From: Octopus vulgaris
Lineage: Eukaryota
DNA length: 64,000 nucleotides
Direction: 5' to 3'
Assembly: GCA_951406725.2 (NCBI GenBank)
Contig: OX597817.1
Location: 112,096,001-112,160,000, forward strand
Positions 1 to 12,353 of this stretch are shown piece after piece. The translations under genes were made by a program, and so were the position numbers. Numbering within the stretch: position 1 is the first letter of the stretch; every line of letters begins with the position of its first letter. Under the pieces are notes generated by a model, which was not told where the DNA came from, searched no databases, and worked only from the letters and a program-made list of their open reading frames with translations.

Positions 1-214
1 GCTTACTATACAAACTCTGATGACTTGATGCTGTAATCTGAGTGTTAGATATTTTCTTGAATACCAAATTTATTCATCACTTAAATAAGATGTAAGGATG
101 TAATGAATAAGTGTATGAACATTTCTACATACTTGGTTTTACAGTGCACATTGTGTGCGTGTGCGTGTGTCTATGTGAGATATATCTAGATATATTTATA
201 GATGTCTATGTAAA

Positions 215-255
<41 letters not shown>

Positions 256-848
256 ACATGCATATGTATAGATGTGTATGAATGTTGCCACTCTTGTGCA
301 TAGCAGATCCAAAATGATACATAACTATACATGTATTTGTATGGCTTGAATGGTTAAGAAGTTTGTTTCAATAATAATGTACCAGTTTTGATCCCACTAC
401 CTGGCATCTTGAGCAAATGTCATGTTTTTGGTTTGGTTTGACCCGTAAGTTGTGAATATAGCAACCCATCAGATTGACTGTACTTTTAATCTAAAGGTCC
501 AATCTTGTCACATAGTTCCATTCTAGCTTTTGCCTTGGTTGTACATGAAAGGTACACATGTTTGTGCAATACTCAGACACTAATTCATTGAGCATGTGTT
601 TAAGCAGCTCAAAGAACTGAACACTCATTGTTGAAATTCTGATCAAAATTCAATTTCCTACACACACATACATATACAATAAAATACAATATATCTATAG
701 TGTTTTATTGAAGCTGAATAACTTTACAAACTTTTTACTCCGAGTAAGTTTGTGAAGTTTCTCAGTTTCAATAAAATACTATAATTTAATCTACTTTTGG
801 TATTTGAGTGCTATTTTCTCCACCAATGTGCTCGCTTGTGTATGTGTG

Positions 849-880
<32 letters not shown>

Positions 881-2495
881 TGTATATATACATGCATATG
901 TATATGTGTGTGTGTATATATACATACATACACATATATATAGTAGAAATCATGATAAGCACACTCTGGATGTCATAGCTAGTAACACAGTATATTAGTA
1001 GTTAAACCACTATACTGGAAACAGACTGGATAATGATAATCTATGTGGAGCATTAAACTCAACACATACATACACATACACACACACACACTCATGTGTA
1101 TGTGTGTGTCTTTCATTAGATGTATGACTATACTAAAGTTTTATTATTTTCTTTTATATTTATTATATTTTCTAATTCGCTTTTTACAGTTAATTTGGAA
1201 CAGCAGAATTCCTAAATTTCTAGGTCTTCATGGTCTCATTATTAAGGATTGAACTGAATTGAATATATTTGACATTTTAGTTGTTTCTTTCATACCAATT
1301 GAATTTGTGTTGACTTTCCACCAAAAGGGTTTTGACAGTTAGCATTATGCATTAACAGCCATGTGTTGATATGTTTATTGTAAACAAAATTTGACTGTGT
1401 TATGTTCTTTACATTTTTTATGTCAGTAGCTTCATGTTAATTTTTTGATGTGTATGTTTGAGTGTTAATTTTAGTATTGTATTGCAATATGAGTATGGTT
1501 TCCATAATTAATCTTCCATTTTGAGTGGAATTTTTATAAAGTATTTTTCTCAAGTAGTTTCTTATCTAATAATGTTGTGCACAGTTCCTTTCTGCAAGTA
1601 CATAATGAGCCTACATGAGAGTGTTGTATTGATCTGTCCAATGTTAACAGCTCGTGTCCTGAGGTTTCTAACATTCCGTTTTACAGTCAAATTTATAGAT
1701 AATATTGGTCATCTGCAATTTATTCTTGAGTTCATATTTTTGGTGTGTTATTGATAAGGAAGTTATTGAATATTGGTAGTTTTGTAGCATAATATGAGTT
1801 TTAAACAAGCATTAAAAAAAAGCTATTCCCCTTACATATGCTTGTGTGTCTGTGTGTGTGTGTGTGTGTGTAATTATATGTATATACATGAACTGGTCAG
1901 AATTCATTGAGGCAGATTTTTCCATAGTAAGATGCCCTTCATGTTCCTAAAACTCACCTGCTTCCGAGCAAGATAATATCGCTCCATGACTGGACATGTT
2001 TTCATGGAACATCAAGACGAGGAGATACAAACATACACACTTGCACATAAATATACAATGGGCTTCTTTCCGTTTACATCTTTAAATCCACTCAGGAGGC
2101 TTTGGTTGACACAAGGCTTGAGTAGAAGACACTCTCCCAGCTACATAGATGGAAAGCAAATTTCATCCACACACCCATATCTGCACTTACATGTAAAAAA
2201 AAAATTACAGAAGTTACAAAGTGACTCAAAGACTGTGTGTGTTTATATATGTATATAATATATGTATATATACATACATTCCCCTGCACACACAACACAA
2301 ACACACATGCATGGGCATATATTTACATAAACACATACACACATATACATATCAGGTTGCATAGAAAGTTCCATCTGATTTTTAGTATTTAAAAGTACAA
2401 ACATATCTGATAATATCTATAATTTCTTTCATTTTCTGTCACTTCTCTCCATTATCTGTAAGCTTTCAAATGTCTGATTCGAAAGATATATATAG

Positions 2496-2545
<50 letters not shown>

Positions 2546-2921
2546 TACATACATAATTCCAAGAGTGTTAGAGGTTGTGAATCCAACTAACTAAGGAATG
2601 ATATCTATCCAATATACTACTGGTAGAGTACCTAATTATTAATACAAGTGTTTTTTCATTGCATGGCAATTACACTAATGAATGAAATAAATGGGTGAGG
2701 GTAAAAAGTTTTTTTACCCTTAATTTATACAGCAATAAGAAAATGGAAGGGATCAAGAGGTGGTATTCATCACCTTTTAGATATTATGTCTATTTATTTA
2801 AAAAAAAAACAATTATAACAATATACATACATGTATAACATATTATGCTTTACATATATAATATATAAAAATACCAGTAATTATTAAAATATATAACATG
2901 GAGCATAGAAAGTAGGATAGT

Positions 2922-3046
2922 ATTTTACAGCTGTTTCAGCCAAGAGGACATAGTACCCCACTCTACTTCCATCCCTTCAGTGAACTGAAGTATTTGGTAG
3001 ATAAGATTAAGGTACTTCGGTGTGTCTCTGGGCTTCATCAGAGAGT
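2922..3046 (-). ncRNA. Degenerate type I hammerhead ribozyme-like motif in a Penelope-like relic
   Basis: Minus strand: ctct-CTGATGA-agcccagagaca...tgtcctcttggct-GAAAC-AGCT-GTA. The 3' arm of stem I is decayed. Confidence 0.5.
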
Positions 3047-3857
3047 TTAGAAAGTTCATAAGGTTAAGTTGGAATCAATTATTATTATTAGGTGTATTAT
3101 ATTATTCTTATTAGATAAAGTATAAACAGTGGAAGGAGAAAGTTATCAAAAGAGAAATAATAGTGGAATTTAAAAAAATTAATATATCTTAAGATTATTG
3201 TAGTTATGTAGGAATGAAAAGGTATATAAATGAGGAATACATACATACATACATACATACATACATACATACATACATACATACATACACACATATACAT
3301 ACGCACACACATATACATATATATTTATGTATTTATGTACAAACATGCCCATGGGTACATACATATTACATGTGCTTAGTAGTAAGGATTATTGCAGTAG
3401 TTCATATTTTTCTTTTTATATAACTATAATAATTATACACAAACATATATATATTCATATAAGCATGTGATATGTTTTCTATTGAGGGCTTTAGACAAAG
3501 GTCCACAATAAGTGGGTTAGAGTTTATATTAATACCTGTCATATTGGTTGGTACTAAAAGTAATAAATTTCTGGATATTAATCAAGATACTTTATTATTT
3601 TTTGTTTATTGAGTAGCTGAAATCCTGCAGGAAGTGGGGAGGTTATGGTCAGTTCCGTAATCTAATTGGTTATCTATTGTTTTGAAAGGGCATGATTTTG
3701 TTATTATTGGTTAAGGGATAACTGATAACATAAACAACAAATTAGGCAAAAATGTATATAAATAAAACAAGCAAAATGTGGATGAATTTGTATACACACA
3801 CAAAATTCAATTTAGTATTAAATCAAATTTCACAATATAAATATATGATATATATAA

Positions 3858-4994
3858 ATTAGAGAAAAACCACTATTATGCAATTCAAACAATGATAGAC
3901 ATAAACCAAATCATAAAGAAGAAATAAAATATATTATAAAACATATAACTAGATCACAAAAAGTATAAAAATGAATAAACAATATATAATAAGTAAAAAG
4001 ACTACGTACGTTTCATGGCGATAATTTAAATTTGAATTACAATTAAATTTGAATTTAATTGAAAAACTATTCAAATTAAAAGTATAGTCACTCTTCAGGT
4101 CAACAATAATAACAATAATAGTTAGATAAATAATCAAATAGAATTAAACAATATTTCTTGAAATAAAATCATGATTGTTCTTATAGAAGAAAGATCAGGT
4201 GCCTATAATATATTTATCATGTTAAAAACCTAAGGTAAAAAAATAGAGTAAATAGATAGAAAAATGTATTTATGTATGAAGATATAATTTAGCTTTAAGA
4301 ATAAACATCAACAAACTATAGAATATCTTTTCACTAGTTATACACTAATATTTTACGTTACAAACTATTTTACAAAACAATCACACTTAATATTTTAGAT
4401 ACGTACTAAAATAAAAGTACGTATCTAAATTATAATTAACAAATATAGCAATTAGAAATCCATATTTTTTCAATCAATAAACATATAAATAAATAAATTA
4501 CTTCATTTATATCTTAAATAAATATTATACATTCTGAAAATATTTATGAAATAAAAAATGAAAAATTCCAAAACTAAAAATGTATTACTTATCGTTTATA
4601 AAATTATTTGTGAAAATAGTACTTATTATTATTATTATTATATTCAATAGTACTAAATATAATAAAAAACTTTACCTATACTAAAAAAATTTCCAATCTA
4701 ATATTTTTCGATTTAAGTTAACATATAATAATTATAAAATAAGAATAATTAAATAAATGTACGTATCTAAATTATCATTAACAAATAAAAAAATTAGAAA
4801 TTCATATTTATCAATCAATACTCATCTAGATTACAATATTATTTCTTAAATAAATTCTATACTTATCTCTTCAAAGATATATTATATATTAGTCTTTTTA
4901 CTTATATATTGTTTATTCATTTATGTACTTTTTGTGATCTAGTTATTTTTTTTATAATATTATCATTGATTGAATTGCATAATAGTGTTTTTTC

Positions 4995-5000
<6 letters not shown>
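3858..5000. mobile_element. AT-rich non-autonomous Penelope-like relic with inverted ends
   Basis: 3858-3965 (agagaaaaaccactattatgcaattcaa...actagatcacaaaaagta) is inversely repeated at 4925-5000. There is an internal direct repeat (about 4418-4480 and 4760-4820), a hammerhead motif inside, and (TA)n flanks. Confidence 0.55.
4000..4101 (-). ncRNA. Type I hammerhead ribozyme-like motif with intact core
   Basis: Minus strand: gac-CTGAAGA-gtgactata...ttatcgccat-GAAAC-GTAC-GTA-gtc. Stem I is gac/gtc, loop III is palindromic, and the cleavage triplet is GUA. Confidence 0.65.
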
Positions 5001-5049
<49 letters not shown>

Positions 5050-5871
5050 GTTAAAGTGATATTACTAAGGGGATAATGTTTTAATATACTGCATATGAAA
5101 GATAAGTTATTACAAATTTATTAAAAAAAAACAGTTTATAATATTACATGTATCTGTTTAATTAGGGGAATCATTATATATTTACTAAATCATACAGGTA
5201 ATATATAGTGAAAATTATATGTTGGAAGTTATTTGGACCAAATGCAAATAAGGGACAAGATACCAAAAGTGACTGTACAAGTTGTTTCACTAAGTTATTG
5301 TTTATCGCTAAAATTTAGTCTTTAGTTACTAAATTAATGAACCAGCTCAATATATATCCTTATATATTCTCTTTTAATGAAACAGCTCAGTATTTATTCT
5401 TACATATTCTCTTTTATATATATATATACCTACATATTACTAGATTGTTATTTATTGCTAAAATTACTTTTAAAAATCTATATTTATCTTACCAAATGCC
5501 TCAAATGCAAGACCCCATGTAATAGTATTAAGTCACTTAAATAAAACCATCAGTCATTTAGTCCTTTAAAATATTTATCCGTCTATTTATTCACTTAATT
5601 ATTTTTAATGCTATATTTAAGAGGTGGGGGGATTTTTAGTTATAAATAGAATGAAAGGAGGTAACTCTGGTTAATTGAGGTCTATAATTATATAAATATA
5701 TTCAAAAATTTAGGTCAATTATTCACTCAATCAACTTATCAATCAGCCAATTAATTAATTAATCAATTTATTGGTATTGTAATGGGGTTGCATAGCAATG
5801 TCTGCATCCATATACATACATATACACATACAATACATACATACACATATGCAAACATAAACACATACAAC

Positions 5872-5916
<45 letters not shown>

Positions 5917-5921
5917 GCATA

Positions 5922-5979
<58 letters not shown>

Positions 5980-6111
5980 CATACACTCACATATATATAT
6001 CTATATCTATCTATCTATCTATCTATATATATATATATATATATACACGTATATATCTAGATTATTTATCTATGTATATTTATATACATATATATATATG
6101 TATATATATAT

Positions 6112-6146
<35 letters not shown>

Positions 6147-6199
6147 GATTATATTTATACATATATAAATATGATTTATATATATATATATATATATAT

Positions 6200-6499
6200 A
6201 AGAGGTTGGTTGGGAAAAATTCCTCATCCACCTTATTCCCCCGACCTTGCTCCTTCAGACTACCATTTGTTTTGTAGTTTACAGAATTATTTGGGGGGCA
6301 TAAATTTCACAAGCCAGGAGGTGGTCAAAACTGACATTTCAGAGTTCTTCGCTCTGAAATCAAAAGTGTTTCATATTGATGGGATTAAAAAGCTTGTAAA
6401 TAGATGGAAGGAAGTCATAAATAATCAGTTTAAATATAACATTTGATGACTTGTTTTCTTTATTCAAAATTTGGACAGAACTTATGGGATGACCAGATA
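6200..6499 (+). pseudogene. mariner-family transposase C-terminal fragment with probable right TIR
   Basis: [17 protein letters not shown]...[13 protein letters not shown], containing the mariner YSPDLAP motif. Ends ...aacttatgggatgaccaga followed by TA. Confidence 0.85.
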
Positions 6500-6633
6500 T
6501 ATAGATTATATATATATATGTATATATATATATACATATATTGAATATATATAGATTATATATATATATATATAATGTGTATATATGTATATATAATGTG
6601 TATATATATATATATAATGTGTATAGATATATA

Positions 6634-7038
6634 GGCGCAGGAGTGGCTGTGTGGTAAGTAGCTTGCTAACCAACCACATGGTTGCGGGTTCAGTCCCGCT
6701 GCGTGGCATCTTGGGCAAGTGTCTTCTGCTATAGCCCCGGGCCGACCAATGCCTTGTGAGTGGATTTGGGAGACAGAAACTGAGAGAAGCCTGTCGTATA
6801 TATGTGTATATATATATATATATGTGTGTGTGTCTGTGTTTGCCCCCCTAGCATTGCTTGACAACCGATGCTGCTGTGTTTACGTTCCCGTCACTTAGCG
6901 GTTCGGCAAAAGAGACCGATAGAATAAGTACTGGGCTTACAAAGAATAAGTCCCGGGGTTGATTTGATCGACTAAAGGCGGTGCTCCAGCATGGCCGCAG
7001 TCAAATGACTGAAACAAGTAAAAGAGAGAGTAAAAGAG
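6634..7038 (+). mobile_element. tRNA-derived SINE (family A) with central microsatellite
   Basis: ggcgcaggagtggctgtgtggtaag (A-box-like)...gggttcagtccc (B-box-like)...cttgggcaagtgtctt...tail gtaaaagag. Several copies in the window. Confidence 0.85.
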
Positions 7039-7066
7039 TATATACCCCCCCCCACGCACGCACACG

Positions 7067-7115
<49 letters not shown>

Positions 7116-7116
<1 letters not shown>

Positions 7117-8412
7117 AGGGTTGCACAAAATAATGGAAACACCTTATAATTTGAAACAAATTTATTCTAATATGGGGTAGGACTACCTTTGGCATTAATT
7201 ACAGATTGAATTTTTCGAGGTATGGACTCGTACAAAGTTTGAGTTGTTTCAAAAGGAAATTTTGTCCATTCTTCAGCTAAAACATTTTCCAGTTCTTGTA
7301 GTGATGATGGTGGAAGATATTGACTCCTTATTTTTCTAATATGCACCTTAAATGTTAAATAATATTTAGATGAGAGTAGTGTGGGGGTCCAGATAAGATG
7401 TTCAACTTCACTAGAATGTCCCTCGTGCCATTCAGAAACAACTTCAGCTGTGTGAATTGGTGCATTACCATCGTGAATGATTGCCTTTCCCTCCAGAAAC
7501 AGTTCTGCAACCATAGGATGAATGTGATCAGATGAAATGCTTAAATAGTCTTGACTATTAATTCTGCTATGAAGGTAAACCATTGGGCCTGCAGATTTCC
7601 AAGGTATAGCCCCCCAAATCATCACAGATCCTCCTCCTTGTTTAACAGTTCGAAGAAGGCAGTCTGGGTCAAATGGTTCTTTTGGCTCTCTCAATATGTA
7701 TACTTGGTTGGTGGTTGGAAATAAGGTAAAGGATGACTTGTCCGAGAAAATATCATTCTTCCACTGCTCTAGGCACCAGTTCTGTAGGTTTTTACTCCAC
7801 TCTAAACACTTTGCAACATTTGTTTTTGAAATTAGTGGTTTTCTGATTGTAGCCCTCCTGTGAAATCCGTCTTTGTGCAGCTCCTGGAAAACATTTTTTG
7901 TGGAAACAGATTTCACAAAGTGTACATTAAGCTCTGTAATGTTGGGAGCTGTACTCAGTAATGTTGGGAGCTGTACTTTTGAGATCTTTTCGAACAATTT
8001 GCATTGGAGTCTGACAACCCCTATCTGAAAGTTTTGGTTTTCTTTCGGAGTTTTGTTTTGACGAGGCTTTTCCCTCTTTTTGAAAGGCTGTCATTACTTT
8101 TGAGACAATACTTCTTGATACACTAAACATTTCTGCTGTTTTTGTTATGATTGCGCCTGCCATACAGGTACCAACAATGTGACCTCTTTGAATGTCCGAT
8201 AGATCTGTCATTGGAATGAATTTTAATTACCTGCTTCTGATGATATCTGAAAAGAAACAACAATTTTAGCAAAATATATTAAGCAACACTAATAATAAAT
8301 TTAGCCCCCCCCCCCCAAAAAAAACAAAAAAACAAGCTTTTGATGGCTTTATAGTTATTTCAATATTATGATACTATGATGCTAGGTGCTTCATTATTTT
8401 GTCCAACCCCTG
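7116..8412 (-). mobile_element. Full-length but inactive Tc1-like DNA transposon
   Basis: About 29-bp TIRs: cagggttgcacaaaataatggaaacacct (7116-7144) and aggtgcttcattattttgtccaacccctg followed by TA (8384-8414). The transposase is split over ORFs 7927-8211 and 7167-7997 (IFSD, VMIWGAI and DGNAPIH motifs). Confidence 0.9.
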
Positions 8413-8445
8413 TATGTATTTCTGTGTGTGTGTGTGTGTGTGTGT

Positions 8446-8758
8446 GGAGGAGGTGCAATGGCCTAGTGGTTAAGGCAGCGGACTCGTGGTTGTAGGATCG
8501 CGCTTGGTTTCAATTCCCAGACTGGACGTTGTGAGTGTTTATTGAGCAAAAACACCCAAAGCACCAGGAGGCTCCGGCAGGTGTTGGTGGTGATCCCTGC
8601 TGTACTCTTTCACCACAACTTTCTCTCACTCTTTCTTCTGTTGGCCTGCTCGCTTAGGCAGCGGGGTGGCACCATTTGAAAGCTAAAACAATGTGAATCA
8701 CTTTGTGACTAGAGATGTGTAGCAACATCTGATAGCTTGGTCGGTCATGGTGATCACG

Positions 8759-8763
<5 letters not shown>
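8446..8763 (+). mobile_element. tRNA-derived SINE (family B)
   Basis: tggcctagtggttaag A-box and ggtttcaattccc B-box-like; a homologous inverted copy lies at 41812-42080. Confidence 0.75.
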
Positions 8764-8804
<41 letters not shown>

Positions 8805-8814
8805 CATATATACA

Positions 8815-9232
8815 CTCTTACTCTCTTTTACTTGTTTCAGTCATTTGACTGCGGCCATGTTGGAGCACTGCCTTTAATCGAGCAACTCGACCCTGGGACT
8901 TATTCTTTGTAAGCCCAGTACTTATTCTATCGGTCTCTTTTGCTGAACCGCTAAGTGACACCAGCATCGGTTGTCAAGCAATGCTAGGGGGACAAACACA
9001 GACACACAAACATACACACATCATCATCATCATTGTTTAACGTCTGTTTTCCACGCTAGCACGGGTTGACGACGGGCTTCTTTCAGTTTCCGTCTACCAA
9101 ATCCACTCACAAGGGTTTGGTTGGCCCGAGGCTATAGTAGAAGACACTTACCCAAGGTGCCACGCAGTGGGACTGAACCCGGAACCATGTGGCTGGTAAA
9201 CAAGCTTCTTACCACACAGCCACTCCTACGCC
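8815..9232 (-). mobile_element. SINE family A, inverted copy, with a short RTE-tail insertion at about 9019-9070
   Basis: Reverse complement of 6634-7038. The central microsatellite is interrupted by (cat)n-tgtttaacgtctgttttccacgctagcacgggttg. Confidence 0.85.
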
Positions 9233-9272
<40 letters not shown>

Positions 9273-9276
9273 CACA

Positions 9277-10120
9277 CTAGCTGGGTCCTGTGCAATCAAA
9301 AATGATGGTTAATTGTGGTATTTTATATATAAATAATAATTTAATGATTCTTTTATTACTAAATATTTTATGATAAATCTATCCACAACTAACATCCTTT
9401 GACTGCTTGTTTCCTTCAAAAGAATTTTAAAGTTTTCCTTTACTAAATACGACCATTACTAAATATGGGACCATTACTAAATACGGGAGCTGGCAAGTAA
9501 ATTCCAAATACACAGAGTTGAAACGCTGTATGATGTTTCTTTTCAGCATTGAATGTTGACCATCCCATTTCCATTGTGCGCGTGCACACACACACACACG
9601 AATATTCACATACCTCCTTTTACATACACACACAAACTCATACAGAGTTGAAATGCTGTTTGATTTATCTTTTCCACCATACAGTTTCCATCATCCCACT
9701 ACGAAGTTTGCCATCACTCCTTCCTTCTTCATTCATCTATCACTCCTTTTCTCATTCATATGTTGTGACGGGGAAAAATACAAGAGTATTATTATAGTAG
9801 ATAAGGTGCAAAACCAGATTTAATAATTCTTATACTAGCAAACTTGTGAAAAATCTATCGGCAACTAACATCCCTTGTTCACCATCCCACTTCCATTGTG
9901 TGCACACACACACCCACACACGCACATACACATTCACATGCCCCACACTTTTACATACACACATGTATATTCGCACAGAGTTGAAATGTTGTTTGATTTA
10001 TTTTTTCAGTATACAATTTTCATCATGCCACTACCAAGTATTACATCACGCTTTCCTTCCTTATTCATCTATTATACCTTCCCTTCTCATTCATAAATAC
10101 AAGAGTATTATTATAGTAGA
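9277..10120 (-). mobile_element. Two tandem non-autonomous Helitron-like elements (9277-9801 and 9835-10120)
   Basis: On the minus strand each begins A|TCTACTATAATAAT and ends CTAG|T. They share about 250 bp of internal sequence (catcccacttccattgtg...acagagttgaaatg...caagagtattattatagtaga). Confidence 0.6.
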
Positions 10121-10209
10121 TTGTCTGGGTAACCATGGGAGCTATGAAAAAATACAAAGCCCAAGAACCCCACCAGATCATTCTACACATTTGTGTAATT
10201 TTTCACGCA

Positions 10210-10960
10210 ATTCCAGTTAACTGAAATTTTAAACATTATACTTAGAACCTAGCATTGCTAAAAAATTTATCACATGAAAAACATGATGTAAATAATAACT
10301 ATAGAATAAATAGATAGAAAAATGTACTTTAGCTGTGAAAATAAGAAATAAACTAGATGTAATATGCCATTTACTGGAAAAATTCAAAAATCTCAATAAT
10401 TAAAACTAAAATACGTAAAATACATAAAATAAACAGAAATTTCAATTTTTGTAATTGAAGTTCTGATAATAAATAAATGCCTACTAAATCAGTCACCTGG
10501 GCAGAATCGGGTGCCCCCATAGGTATATCAAAATATTCTCTAGTATTCTTCGTAACCCACAGTTTATTATTATATCTAATCAACGATAAATTTCTTAGCA
10601 ACACTAGGTTCTAAGTATAACGTTTAATATTGCAGTTAACTGGAATTCTTCATTATTTATAGTTAAGATATGTATATTTATATATTTATTTATTATATGT
10701 TAAGATACATACGTTTATTTTATTATTATCTTAGACCTGAAGAGGGGCTATATTCTTGAATCGAATTAATTTTAAATTGAATTGATTTTAATAGTATCGA
10801 TTTTATTATTATTGATTTAAGGATATAGTCATGAAACATGCATAGTCAATTTAATATTTATTTAATTTAGTGATTTTTGAATAATATTATAGTATATTTG
10901 AATTTTTCTATTTGATATAGATAAAGTCTTTCACTATTGAATTACTTAATAGAGGTTACT
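10210..10960. mobile_element. Penelope-like element relic: RT fragment in inverted duplicate plus hammerhead-bearing end
   Basis: Minus ORF 10371-10604 contains LWVTKNTREYFDIPMGAPDSAQVTDLVGIYLL, a PLE-type RT motif. 10210-10271 is an inverted copy of 10585-10647. Confidence 0.7.
10734..10847 (+). ncRNA. Hammerhead ribozyme-like motif with long stem II
   Basis: gac-CTGAAGA-ggggctatattcttgaatc...gatttaaggatatagtcat-GAAAC-ATGC-ATA-gtc. The stem II arms are complementary when G-U pairs are allowed; stem III has decayed. Confidence 0.6.
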
Positions 10961-10964
10961 TCTC

Positions 10965-11027
<63 letters not shown>

Positions 11028-11112
11028 TATTATATTACATATATATTATCTATTATATATTTTATATAATATATATATTATATACAAATTATATATATAT
11101 TATATATATAAA

Positions 11113-12115
11113 TATCTTCTTTATCTTCTTTATCCCCGTCTGTCTTGATAGACAATGGGTTGCGCCAAGGGTGGGGCCTACTTTGATGATGTGCAGCGTC
11201 TGCTGTGACTGAACAGTCCAATTCTAGAGTGGCAGTCCTTGGTACAGTTGCTGCACACGAACATCGATGGGTACGTTTGGGGTGTTGCTGCAGTTGTCCT
11301 CCTCCTGTCCCGCCTGTCCAACCACAGCTGTGCTCTCCTCTCCTCAGCCATGGAAACGCCTTTCCTCACTGTCCGACGCCAGGCAGAGTGGTCAGCAGCT
11401 GTTTCCTCCCACGCGTCCACACAGATGTTGGCAGTTCTCAGGTCGCGCTTGCACACGTCCCTGTATCGTAGCTGTGGACGTCCCTTGGGTCGGGATCCCG
11501 TGGTGAGTTCGCTGTACAGGATGTCTTTAGGCATGCGACCGTCCTGCATGCAGCAGACGTGTCCGAACCAGCGCAGTCGTCTCCGCACGTGGAGGGCATA
11601 CATGCTTGGCATATTAGTCTGTTCCAGGATGGCTCCGTTTGGTACTCGGTCCTTCCAGGAGATGCCAAGGATCCGTCGAAGACATCGCATGTGGAAGCCG
11701 CTGAGGCGGCATTCCTGCCGGGTGTATGTTGTCCAGCTCTCGCTGCCGTAGAGTAGGGTGCTCAGCACGCAGGCTCGGTACACTGCGATCTTGGTGGTTA
11801 ATGTGAGCATGTTGTTTTCCCACACTCTCCTGGAGAGCTTAGCCATGGCAGCAGCAGCCTTCCCAATCCGTCTGTTCAGCTCCGGCTCGAGGGACAGGCT
11901 GCTGGAGACCGTCGATCCCAGGTAAGTGAACTCGTTCACCACCTGCAAGCTGTGGTCGCCGACACTGATGCTGGGGACCCCTCCGAGATCCTCTTTGCTG
12001 ACGATGCCGCCCTAACATCACACAACCAACCGGGTCTCCAGAGGCTGGTCAGCTCCCTGGCGGATGCCTGCCAAGAGTTCGGCCTTACCATCAGCCTGAA
12101 AAAGACAGAGATCAT
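11113..12115 (-). mobile_element. 5'-truncated RTE-clade LINE with inverted 5' segment (about 11985-12115 on +)
   Basis: Minus ORF 11178-11948 (FTYLGS...RRLRWFGHV...CSNCTKDCHSRIGLFSHSRRC), a 3' hairpin tgtct-atca-agaca and a (gataaagaa)n tail. The plus strand reads EILFADDAALTSHNQPGLQRLVSSLADACQEFGLTISLKKTEI. Confidence 0.92.
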
Positions 12116-12267
12116 ATAAATATATATATAGATTATATGTATATATATGTATATATATTATATACATATATACATGCATGTATATATATATATATATATA
12201 TATATGCATATTATATATATATTGTATATATATTATAGTATATATTATATATATACATCATATATAT

Positions 12268-12325
<58 letters not shown>

Positions 12326-12353
12326 CATATCATATATACAGAGTACATATATT

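Noticed and set aside
2349-2390. Mariner-like left TIR possibly pairing with the end at about 6499
   Set aside because: Only patchy similarity to the reverse complement of the right end; probably a different family.
804-7195. Many ORFs rich in YI, VC and HT repeats (also at about 29600-29900, 38050-38520, 44220-44510 and 59670-59880)
   Set aside because: These are translations of (TA)n, (CA)n and (TACA)n microsatellites that lack stop codons; not genes.
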